Shown here piece by piece: positions 12,715 through 24,044 of a DNA stretch of 64,000 bases. A program made the position numbers and the translations under genes. Origin of the DNA: the human T2T-CHM13v2.0 reference genome, Homo sapiens. The stretch lies in assembly GCF_009914755.1 (NCBI RefSeq), contig NC_060926.1; one strand, written 5' to 3'. A model generated the notes under the pieces. The model was not told the DNA's origin, searched no databases, and saw nothing but the letters and a program-made list of their open reading frames with translations. Numbering within the stretch: position 1 is the stretch's first letter; each line of letters begins with the position of its first letter.

Positions 12715-12992
12715 GTCTACCCCTCTTCCAGAAAGTTTGTGAATAACCCACCCCTTATTTAGCATATAATTAAGAGTGGGCATAAATAGAGCCAGCCAGC
12801 AACCCACAGGTGCTACTCTGGGCCCCTCTGCCTGTGGGATAGCCCTGCTCTGCCAATGAAGCAGCCATCTTGCTGTTCACTACGCTATATAAACTTGCTT
12901 TCTTTCACCGTTGGCTTGCTCTTGAATTCTTCCCTGAATGAAGCCAAGAACCAACTCAGGCTGAGCCCCCGTTTTTGGGTTTGCCTGCATCA
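12715..12992 (+). mobile_element. MER41-family (C/D-like, ERV1) LTR, 3' half
   Basis: ccccttatttagcatataattaaga...taaacttgctttctttcac...gaagccaagaacc...gcctgcatca terminus. Confidence 0.65.
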
Positions 12993-13405
12993 CCTGCAGT
13001 GGAGATGGTTGGTTGTTTACCAAAATCATTTCTCCCTTCTCTCTGGACATACTGCTGGACTACATTTCCCATCCAACATGACAGGTGGGCACGGCCTGAC
13101 GACTGGATTGTCCAACAAAACACAGAAAGTGTAGACAAGAGAACAGCAGAAAGTGACGCCTGCAGCCACAGAGATGTGCTCCCAGTCTCCCTCTTTTCTG
13201 ACTGCTGGGGGTGCACACCACAGCGAGGCCCAAGGGCTGTGATGGAGGCCTAGGATGGAAGGTGGCTGGTCCCTGAATTACTTCTAGGAGAGGCACCATC
13301 TGCTGAGCAGGAACCCCTGCCTGGGACAGTTGCAAGAACAAGAAATCAGCTCCTTTTGTGCCAGAACCAGTATGCATGCTGAGGTCCAATCCTGCAGTTA
13401 GTGAT
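12993..13405 (+). mobile_element. MLT1J-like LTR
   Basis: ttctcccttctctctggacatactgctggactacatttccc...gatggaaggtggctggtccctgaatta...agaaatcagctccttttgtg. Confidence 0.65.
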
Positions 13406-14124
13406 GTGGTAACAGAAATGAGCTTTGTGCTTCCATGCCCTGGGCAACTGCAGGCAGCTGAGGCCCCCATCTGCAGGTGGTCTCTGCAGGCAGAGGGTTT
13501 CTGGTGAAGGGCCCTATGGGGTTTCTGATGAGGGCCCCACAGAAATCAGAATCTCTTCCCTGCTGCTTATTTCAAATTCTGCTCGGTTGTCCCTTCCAGG
13601 CCAGGCGGGTAATCTTGCTTGTGGCCACACTCCTCTTCCTGGGACCTGAGCCTGCCCTCCTGCTCCTGAGTAGTTCATTGTGATGCTGTCTGCTGTGGCT
13701 GTGGAGTGCTACGCGCTGGCCAGCCTGAGGGCGACCTGTACCGCCTTGGCCAAACCCTTTACCCCACTGAGAGATACCTCCCTCATCTGCAGCGAGAGTC
13801 CCTACCTTGTAGGGCAGTGTGAAGGATGTCCTGAGATGGTCAGGACTTAGCACCCTGTAAGCACAAGAGCTGTTCTTCTTGGTGGCGTTATGATCACACC
13901 CACAGATAGGGCCTCAGGCAGGCCTCAGTGTCCTCCTGGCTGGCCACGTGCTACGGATGTCCCCATGCACTTGATGTGTCAGCAGCAGAAGGACCTTCAG
14001 GAGGAGGCAACGATGGGATGAGACGAGGCTCAAAGGAGGATGTTGCCGCGCAGAGACGTTTCGGGAATATGAGGCAGGTCACCACCTATGATTCTTGTGG
14101 TAGTGGAGGAAGGGTGGCGGCTGT

Positions 14125-14245
14125 CATTGTGACACCCACTTTAGAGACAGGAAACTGAGCTTCAGAGAGGGGGAGTCCAGGCCCCACAGCACACAGCCAG
14201 GAAAGGGCCGGGCAGAAGGGGCTTTGGGTTTTAACCTAACTCACC
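14125..14245 (-). mobile_element. MIR fragment
   Basis: cccactttagagacaggaaactgagcttcagagagg core. Confidence 0.6.
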
Positions 14246-17117
14246 CCGACTGCCTGCTTCTTCACCCAGCCATCATGGAACGTCTCTGTGCCTCTTCCCT
14301 GCTCTCGTGGAGGCCTGGGTCAGGCAGCTGCCCAGAGGCAGACGTGCACTGTGACCCTAGAAGACTGTTCCAGACAGGCCAGCCCAGGCAGAGACAAAAC
14401 AGGGACCTGCTCCTCATTGGTGTCACGACCAAATGCAGGGGATTTGCTAAGGGAGGCGCAGCCATGAATTGGGAGCCGGCTTCGTGCTCTGCCACTCCTT
14501 CTTGCTAATCCCTCGAAAATCCAATCAGAGCTGTTTCCCTCCATGAAACCAACTGGACACAGCACATACTGGCCGGACCTCTGCCAGCATGGAGTGGATC
14601 TTTTTTCTGTTTAAAGAACCAGGTTTCAAATGTTCTTAATAAAACGTTTATATATATCATGCAGGGTGCAAATAAATATTTTAATATAATTGGAAGAATG
14701 TAGAGAATTGTAAAAAGTTATGGAAGTTTTACTTCTGATTGGCCAAGACTCAATAAACTCTGGTTTGATGTACTCTAATTTATAGGCGTGCAAAGCCAAC
14801 TCTTTGGCATCAGAGAGGCCGTTAACGTTGTAATGATGTTTAAACGCTGACAAATGAGCTGCTTGGGCGGCACCTTCAGCCCTGAGAATGGAACTGTTGG
14901 AGCTGGAGGACTTGCCTGTCCCCAGCTTTCTCCCTTCCTCCCGTGCTGGTGGAGCAGGTTAAGGGCAGGAGGACTGTTCATTGGGGCGACTGCTCCCCAT
15001 CGGTTGAGGGGAGGGCACAAAGGGGACCCATGGCTTCTTTTTCACTGTTGTCCCTAATTATGGTCTTTCTCATTAAAATAACAAGGACCATTTCTGCTAG
15101 AAACGCTGACACATGTTTTTACTTTTGTGGGCCGATGGAAACCACATGTAGAATCCATTCCTTCCTTTTTTCCCTCCAAAATGCAAATGGAAGAGCTGGT
15201 CCAGGGGGTCCCCGGTTGCCCAGCCCTGAAGAACAGAGGCTTGGGGAAGCCCCCTACTCCCACGCCAAGACGTGACTTGCGCTTCTCTGGGCACTTTGTG
15301 CCAGCCCTACCAGGGAGTGCTGCCCCGCTCCCCAGGTCTCCCTCTGCTTGCTGGCACTGGGCACTCCCAGCAGGCATAACCCGAGCAGAGCTGAGTGGTT
15401 ATTTATAAACTCTCTTGAATGCCAAAGCGCCAGGAACAATCCATTCCCCCCGTTTGCAGGAACATACTTTCAGCATAACTCATCACTTTGAAGATGGGTC
15501 CAAACTTTTGTTCACATTTATTGACAGGAAGTTGTTTTTCAAAGCTCAAGTCAGCAGGCAGGCCCCGGGCCAAGAGGCTCCGCCACCTTCTCAAGCTGGC
15601 GCGGCTCTGAGGGCCCATAAATTGTGTTAGCCTCCCACCCACCCCTCTCTCTCCCTTTTTCCGCTAGAATTTGCCCAGAGGTTGAACATTACGTTTTCCC
15701 TTTGTAAAGTTTCTTCTTAAACTTTTTCTTTCTTTCTTTTTTTTTTTTTTAAGAGAAAATCACCTATTGGAAGTGTTAAGAGGTTCTTTTCCTCTCTGAA
15801 ATTCTAACCCTTTATGGTGCTCTTGAACTTCCTCTTTCCCGCATAAGCCACTCTGAGCCCTCCTTACTGCATGAAATTTCTCGGCCAAGGGTCCTCCTTC
15901 TCATCCCCCTACTTGAGCCTTGAAGCAAGAATGTCCTCCCGGGCTCTAAGAGCTCTGCCTCTCCCCAGGCCTCTCTCCCCTCAACTGGGAATCAGGAATC
16001 CTAGGGCAGGTTGTCCCAAGGCCTGGAGGGGCCATCAGGCAGGAGGACTCAGTGATGTGGGGTCTCCTGTGGCTTCTTAGCTCTCTCCTCACCCCACACA
16101 TTTACCCTTTGGGGCTGACCTGGGTGTCCATGACTTATAGATCTAATCCTCCCCCAACATCCCACTAATGTTTCCAAATTGTCCCGCCCCCAGTGGGACC
16201 CCTCCATTCCCCTTTAAATAGACTCTTCTCCCTACAGCCCTGAGCTCTTCCAGTTACCCCAACCAGGGACCTGGGGGTCATCCCAGACCTCTCCCAGATT
16301 CCTGCCCCTGGTTGGGCACCGAGTCCTAAGTGTTTCTGTACCAAATTTGTCTTCCTACCCCTTCACCACTGCCTGGTTTCAGGCCCTGCTCCATTTTCGG
16401 GGTCACTCCCAGACCTCGGCAGGCCAACTTCTCTGTGTCCCAGATGCCTTTTCTGTAAATCGGGGCAATGTCAGTGCCCACCCCACTGCGTGGTGGCAAG
16501 CATTTCATGGGCTCATGTTTGCAAAGCACGCAGGATGGCTCTGGGCATCTTAAGTGCCACAGGTTGTTCTCCTGCTGCCGCTTTTCTTGGGTCTCTGGGT
16601 CACCCTGTCACTCTGAGTCAGTCCATTCCTTATGCAGCCACCGAGAGGACCTTGAAACAATGCACAGCACATTCTGCCATGCCTGTGCTTGAACCTGTGC
16701 CCGCTCTCACTTCCCCGTGGGATCCCCCATCCCTGGCTCTGCCTGTCTGCCTCCTGTGCCCCGCTGTGTCCAGGGGCTCTGGCCTTTGGAGTTGGCCTTG
16801 TTCCTTTCTGTTTCTCCCCTGGTCATTCCCTCCCTCTCCTTCCCTGTGAGCCCCTCTGGAAGGTGTTCCTGACCCTCCACTGTCCCTTCTACCCTGTCCT
16901 GGCTCAGAGGCCCCTGCCTACCCCCACACAGGCGTGCCGTGTACTCTGCCACGAAAGCTGCAATTCTTTCTCACGATCTCTGTGTTTTCCTGCGTTTGGA
17001 GACAGGGTCTGTGCCTCAGGGATCTCTGGGCCCACGGTGCCCAGCACAGATTATGGGCATAGTAAATAAATGCTCATCTAAAACGTGTGAATGACAAAGA
17101 CCAGGAGACAGACCATG

Positions 17118-17153
17118 GCGCATGCGTGAGTTAGGAATTCCCCCATGACGTCA
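17118..17153. promoter_or_regulatory. Clustered NRF1-like, NF-kB and CRE motifs (candidate enhancer core)
   Basis: gcgcatgcg 17118-17126; ggaattcccc 17134-17143; tgacgtca 17146-17153; motif match only. Confidence 0.4.
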
Positions 17154-18949
17154 CCTCTTTGACTATTCTGATTTTGTCTAGTGATGGGTCAATCCATTTT
17201 TTGGTTTTTAACCTTGACAAGAGCCCAAATACCAAAATGAACTGTCTCTGTGTACTGATATCATGTGAAACTTTTCAAACCCAGGAAGCGTTGGAAGCTC
17301 ACACTTTTAGTGGGACCAGGGAGGAGAAGGGAGAGAGGGACATGAGGGAAAAAGGTGAATGGGTCCATTTTGTCTTGGAAGAAATAGGAAATGCAGCAGT
17401 CCGTGGAGGAGCCTCAGGGGCCCAGGTGTGGAAGAGAGTGCATGAGGCTTGGATCTGCAGGGGTGCTGCCCTGCGTGGGTCTGCCCGGGAGTCCTGAAGT
17501 CCTTGCTGCTGGAGAAGAGGAGTTGTTCTGGAGCTAATGGCATTGGAGCAGTGAGGTCAGATTGCAGGGACTAGGCACAGCCAGTGCTGGGAGGGCTTTG
17601 CCCTTCCCGCGGCTTTGTGCATTTGTTTTCAAATACAAGCAATAAGACTCTGGGCTGTTTGGAGCCCTCACTGGAGCCCCTCAGACCAGGAAAGGAAGAG
17701 CTGCCGGAGGCAACGGATACTAACCCAAGCTAGTTGATGCCTAACTAAACACCTGCATCTTGGTTTGTTTGTGTGGGAAGTGATGGTTGGACCAGGTGGT
17801 CTCTGGCACCTTGTGGGGGTGCCTCACCAGCTGCAGGGCAGGGCTCCAGGCCGGCAGAGCCTGCAGATGTCCCCACCAATGCTGTAGCGATGGGCTGCCA
17901 CGGATGCTGGGGCAGCAGCCACGATGAGAGCCTGGGGGTTGGCCTCCTTGGGGTAGCCTGGTAGCTGCCAGCCCTGAGTGGCAAGAAGGTGCAGTGGGCT
18001 GGCCCTGCACCCCACTGCTCTCCTGTCCCCCACATGCCTCCTGCTGGGGGTCTCGAGGCTCAGCAGCGGCACTGACGGCCTCCGCAGGACCCCCTCCTGC
18101 CTTCTCACACTGGGGGCTTCTCCACTCCTCTTTTCCTGGTGCGTAGCGTCCTGCTCTCTGGTCCCTTTCATCGCCTTGGGGGGTGTTCCCTCCACATTCT
18201 CAGGTGGAAGTGTTTAAGGCCAGTCCCACAGCCACCCCTCTGGATCTCCTCCACCCCAGCGCGGTGCCCCCTGCAAATGGGGCCCACATGTACAGCAAAG
18301 CAGGATGAGGCAGGCCCCGCCTGCCAAGAATGTGGCGCAGCCTCCTGGGCATGGGACATTGAAGGGAGCGATGCATGCAGGACAGCGTCCTCCTCTGCCT
18401 GGAGTCCATGGAGGAGACTTCCTCGGAGTGGGAGGCTCCGCAGGCCGCCAGATGCTGGGGAGGGCGCTGGGAAGCTGGGAGGAGGTGGCGGGACGTGGGT
18501 GGGGAGGGGCTCCCTGTTGGGGCGTCCCGTCCTGTCCCAGGGGCTGCGGGAGTGGTCCCACCATAGTGGTCTCACCTTGGCCCAAATAGAGGTGGTGTCA
18601 CCCAGGCCTTGCTGGGGAACATGGAGCTTGGGGTCCCTGGGACACCGCGGAGGGTCCACGTTTCCCCGAGTCCATCGGCAGGCGTGGACACCGCCTTTTC
18701 CTTCCTCTCGCCTTCTGCTTGGCTGTCTCTTGAGATGACTTTAGAAATGTAACACCTTGAGAACACTGTATGTTCACTTCCCTTTGAGCCTCATGACGAC
18801 CTCAGAGAATGAACGCTCCCCCCACGCTGGAGGCTCGGGTGGCTAAAGCCGTCCCCGGGTGGCGATACTGGGTGGGCCTGGCGCCCGCCTGGTCCCCTGT
18901 GTGGTTCCTGGCTTACTTCCCCTCCTCAGTGCCACGTCCATCTCACAGA

Positions 18950-18951
<2 letters not shown>

Positions 18952-18980
<29 letters not shown>
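18952..18980. repeat. Poly(T)29 tract
   Basis: Uninterrupted T run read directly. Confidence 0.95.
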
Positions 18981-18985
<5 letters not shown>

Positions 18986-20899
18986 GGTAGTTCCAGATTT
19001 GGGGGCAGGAGGCAGTGATTTGGGTGTGAAAATCCGCTGAGCTGGGATTGAACATGATGGGGCTGGAGACTCTCAAATGGGACAGTGGCTCGTCCTAACT
19101 CAGAGCCCAGCCCACACCTGTCCCCAGCACCCAGCACCCAGCACCGTGCCCCCAGCGCTTACCCCATGGAGGGTGGGAAGACAGGTGAATTAGTGTAGGA
19201 AGGAATAAGGAGGAGTCCCGTTCAGTGGAGAGCAGGCTGTGCGCTACCCCACTGTGGAGAAGGGTTGTACAGGCACCTCCAGGGGTATGTTCTGGCCACT
19301 CCGTGCTGCAATCTTGGGGCTGCCTGCCCATCCCTAACATGTTAGACTCAGACTCACTGCTCTTGCATCGTGCCCCAGCCTCCAAGGAAAACCAGCCAGC
19401 AACCACAGCGCCGGTTCTAGGGACCCTCCTGGATCAGGCCCACGTGGTTACTGCCCCTCGGGCCTCAGATCAGTGGTTCTATCCCCAGCTCACCTGTCCC
19501 TACCCGCCCGTGGTCTGACTTCTGCTTCTGGGTTCTGCTCCTCCTTTGGGCCTCTGATCCTCCTTTGGGCCTTGCCCTGCAAGCTGCTTTGCTCTGGTTG
19601 GTCTCTGAGAGGAGCCCCTGCCCCTGGTCCAGTGCGGAAGGAGGAGGCTAGCAGCCAGCGCTTTCCCGCAGCTCACTTGCTGTCTGTGGGCCGACAGGAA
19701 GTTCTTCATGGGGAAAGCCAAGAAGCCAAGACTCACATAGCAAAGCCTCCGTTTGGAAGCCGGTGTTAGTCCTTTCTCCTTGAGGAGCAGTTTCAGTCAG
19801 TGCATCACTCCAAATGGGTTTGGTAACACTGAGCTTATGGTACAATGAAAATCACTCTTGCCAAGAGAGCAAATGCAGATGAAAGGCAGGGTGAGTCACA
19901 CGGGCTCTCCATGTCCCTCTTGCTGCACCCCCAGCAGCCTTTGACACAGGAGCCAGCCACAGACAGTGCTGGACCCCAGCACGTTGCCCCAGACTATGCA
20001 ATGTCCAGTTTCTCCAGGCCTCACCTTCTAGGACCCACTTCCCGATGCCTGGACATCTCATTGTTCTTTTCTGGTTTACTTCCAAGCTCTGGGGAATCCA
20101 CCCTTGGCTAGCATCACTCAGAAATTGCACAACTACCATTTTAAGACAAGATTTTAAGAGCTGTTTAATTTAACTTTTAATGTTGGTTAAGCTCCTATAG
20201 GTAGTGTCTGGGACAGTGTAGCAGCAGGAGAGCAAATTCTGGCACCTACCCTTATAAGAATTTATGAACAGTGTTTTCTGCTAAAAATAGTAAAGTTCTA
20301 GTTCTGCTGACTACATAACAATGACCAGGGCAAGCAACTTGCTTAATCGCCTCAGTCTCATATATTTTTTTTTCACTCGTCAGAGGTGGACACTCAACTT
20401 TCATAAGATAAGTGGCATGAAAATGCTCTTTGAGCTGTAAAAATATTGGCTGATTTACAAATGACTGTTTTGACGAAGGTATTGGAAAGAACTTTTATTA
20501 GAAGACAGTGAGTGCTTCCACAGGCACTAACCTCTCTGGCGTTTTGAAAATGCTCCAAAGGGCAAATTCTAGCACTGTGAAAGATTTGAGAGACTGCTAC
20601 CTCGTTAGCTGTTCTATTTCCTCATTATTATTTTTGGCATCTCAGATGGCCACTGACAGGCATAAAGAGATTATTTCTCCCATATACCCATCTCTTTTTC
20701 AGGAATTAAAACTATAGAAAATCTCAGTGGCAAGACTGGGGCACAGGAGCCAGGCAATGGGATGAGAAATGTTCCTTGCAATGCCAGAAGCCCTTTCCCG
20801 AAGTCACACATTTTCATGAATAAACTAGGGATGAGTTAAGCTGGATGTTAGAGTTGGATTTATAATGTATGAAATAGTTTATTGTAAATGTTTATTTTA

Positions 20900-23800
20900 A
20901 ACCTCAGTTTTCAGCAGTCTGATGAACCAGATAGCCTGAGAAACATCTTGATATAAAATGTCTAGGGATGTTGGCTAAAATACAGCAGTATAATAAACAT
21001 TGCTCTTGAAAAGATAAGGGAAATCCCTTGTGGAGGCCCAAACCAAAGAGGAAACAGAAACCAGAAATATAAGATAACCGATGCTAGGGCTATGCTGGGG
21101 GAAGGCATGGGATGGCAAAGGTGGGAGTTGAGGTTACTTTGTATGTCTTTTTAACTAATGAATTTTTGGATTTTAATGGCCATGCAGAAATAGGAAATGA
21201 ATCTTTGAGCCCATAAGAGGCTGGAAATTAGAACTGAGTTTCCTATACAAGAGTTGTCTTCTGCCTTTGAAGAATTACACTTCCAATGAAAAGGTGGACC
21301 AGAAGAACAATCCAGCCATTGGCACAGGGAAATAACAGAAAGCCTGTCAACCTTGGCCTGATTCTGAGTAGGAGAAAATGGTTGTCCTTGAGAATTTGTA
21401 TGTAGTGGCTATCCTCAGGTGTATTTGGGGTGTGAATTTATACTATCTGAGTGACATGGAGCCCCCAATCTGAGCAATTTAGATAAAATTAACCCTGGAG
21501 CACCTGGCAGGAGAAAACACAAAATCTCTGTGGATGTACACAAAGCATTCCTACAGAAAAACTGCAATGAAGATGAGCTCACAATCCAAAAGTGCCAATC
21601 CAAGGGAGAAAAATAAACTCTGAGCAAGTTCAAAGATATAACAAACAGTGGGATTAAATTCCTAAGAGCTTCAGGCAACAATATTATCAAAATAAAGATT
21701 ATGAGATAGAATTAAAGACACAATGGAAAATTAAAAAAAAAAAGAGAAAACAGCAAGCTGCCACCAAGGGAAGACAAAAGACAGGGAAGATTTGAAAAGA
21801 ACAGAAGGAAATATATAGGAATAAAAATATAGTGATTGAAATTTAACTAAGTCTTTAATGGTTAGGTTAAAAAGCAAATTAGACATAACTAAAAGGAGAA
21901 TTAGTTAAGTGGAAAATCACTGTGAGCACATGGAAATAAAAAGACAATTTGGAAGCAAGATTAATAGATATGGAGAATAGGACAAGAAGGTCTAATAGAA
22001 GCACAATAGGAGTTATAGATGGAGAGAAAGGAGAGAATGAGAGTGAGTCAATATTGAAAGAGATGGTGACTGAGAATTTTCAAAATGGAGAACAGTTCTG
22101 AGCTCTCAGATTCAAGGAAAATGTAGTCCTAAATATTAGGGTAGACATAAGGAAATGCATCCCTGGATAGATTAGAGTAAGCTATGTAAGAATGCCAAGT
22201 ACAAAGATAATACCTTAACAGTAGCCAGAAATGTAAGATGTCCTATGAAGGAATGACAATTAATTTGGCTGCCACTTCTCAATGATGACCAAAGGATAGT
22301 GGAATTATATCTTCAAAGTGTTGAGAGAAAATAGAATTTTCTACCTAACTAAACTGTCATACAAGAATTAGGGAGAAAGGATGAAAAACAAAGCATTAGG
22401 GAATTTATAACTAACAGAGTCCCAGCTAAAGAACTTCCAGGAATGCACTTTATCTGGAGAAAACTGAATCCAGAATGAAGAAGTGAACCGAAAGCAGAAT
22501 GGTGAGCAAATAAATTAGTAAACATATGGATAAATTGGAACAGGATTGACAATGGATGACAACAATAATAGCAATGACATTTCACATGTATAAAAACACG
22601 TAGGACCTGAAATACTGGATTAAGTATCATGTAAGTTGGGAGGAGAGTGACCCAATCCCCTAGTAATATGTAACGTGGGAGGATAATAATCTAGAATTCC
22701 AAAATCATTGAATGATCCCATGAACAATTGAGTTAACTTGAGATCTTGGAATGCTGAGTACACATGTTAAAATTTTAATCATGACTGCTGGGAGTTGGGG
22801 AGCGTGATAAAAGTAGAATTTGTAATTTTCAAAACAGTAAAGGAAAAATGAGAAAAGAAACTCTTTAATCCTATTGAACAAGGCGGCAAACGTTTTCTGT
22901 AAATGGCCAGATAGTACATACTTTTGGCTTTGTGTGCCATATGGTCTCTATTGTATCTATTCAACTCTGCTATTGTAGTGCAAGAGAAACCATAGAGAAG
23001 ATTTAAACAAATGAGCATGGTGGTGCACTCCAATTCAACTTAGTTTATAAAAATAGCAAATGAACTGGATTTGGCCTGAAGGGTGTAATTTGCCAATCCC
23101 TGCTATAGAAGATAGGAAAAGAAGTAAAAAGCTAGAAAGATAGAAAGCACAAATTAAGATGGCAGAAACAATTCCAAATAGGTTAGTTAACTACAAAAAA
23201 TGTAAACAAATTGAGTTTTCTGAATAAAACCAGAGACTGATAGATTAAATAAAGAAAAAAATGACTTTATGCTTTTAGCAAGACCAATTCTTAAACAATA
23301 TGGAAAACAGAAAGGTGTAAAGTAAAAGTGGAGAAATAGATGTGCCAGACAAAGATTGATGAAAAGAAAGGTTATTAACTATATTAAAACACAAAAAAGG
23401 CCTTAAAGTAAAAAAAGCATTAGTCAGGTCTAAAAGGATTATTTTAAAATGGTAAAAGAACTAGAATTCACTAGGAAAAATTTATAAACTTAGATACCCC
23501 TAAAAATATGGCCTCAAAATACATAAAACAAAATTTGATGGAATTACAAGGAGAGGTTTATAAGTCTACCCTTACAGTGTAACAAAGTAAGTGTATGGAT
23601 TTTTAAAATACAAATTAAGAATTTATATCTAATGACATATAGAATGTTATACCTAAAAATTAATAATGCATATTCTTTTCAAGTACAAATGCAACAGTTA
23701 TAATAATCACATATTAGGTCATAAAATACAATTCAACAAATATTAACAAAATGGGATCATGCAGGCCATGTTCTCTCTCCACTATATATTGTTCAAGTAA

Positions 23801-24044
23801 AAAAATTGAATGAAGTTATACATTTGGATGTTTTAAAGCATATTTGCAAATAAGTCATGATCCAAAGAAGAAATCATAATAAAAAGACTATATTTTAGGC
23901 TGAATGATAATAAAAATGCCATACATCCACACTTGTGGAATGCTGTTACAGTAATACGTAGAACAAAATTTATAGCCCTAAATGCATTCATTAGAAAAGA
24001 AAAAAGACTGGATACTATTAATCTAATAGAAATTAAAAGAACAC
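20900..24044 (+). mobile_element. Old L1M (L1ME-type) 5' region, ORF1 and start of ORF2
   Basis: A-rich, with degenerate ORF1 and endonuclease-region motifs (tggaattatatcttcaaagtgttgagagaaaa; cattcttttcaagtaca; aaatttatagccctaaatgc). Confidence 0.7.
22879..23102 (-). mobile_element. MER58A (hAT-Charlie MITE)
   Basis: ggcaaacgttttctgtaaatggccagatag...tttgccaatccctg; 8-bp TSD ctattgaa/ctatagaa. Confidence 0.9.

Noticed and set aside
12720-12740. STAT1 GAS site as described for MER41B
   Set aside because: The sequence is ttccagaaa, which does not fit TTCnnnGAA, and the LTR 5' half is missing.
18139-18738. 199-aa ORF in the GC-rich block
   Set aside because: Non-ATG start, no homology I recognise, and multiple overlapping frames due to high GC.
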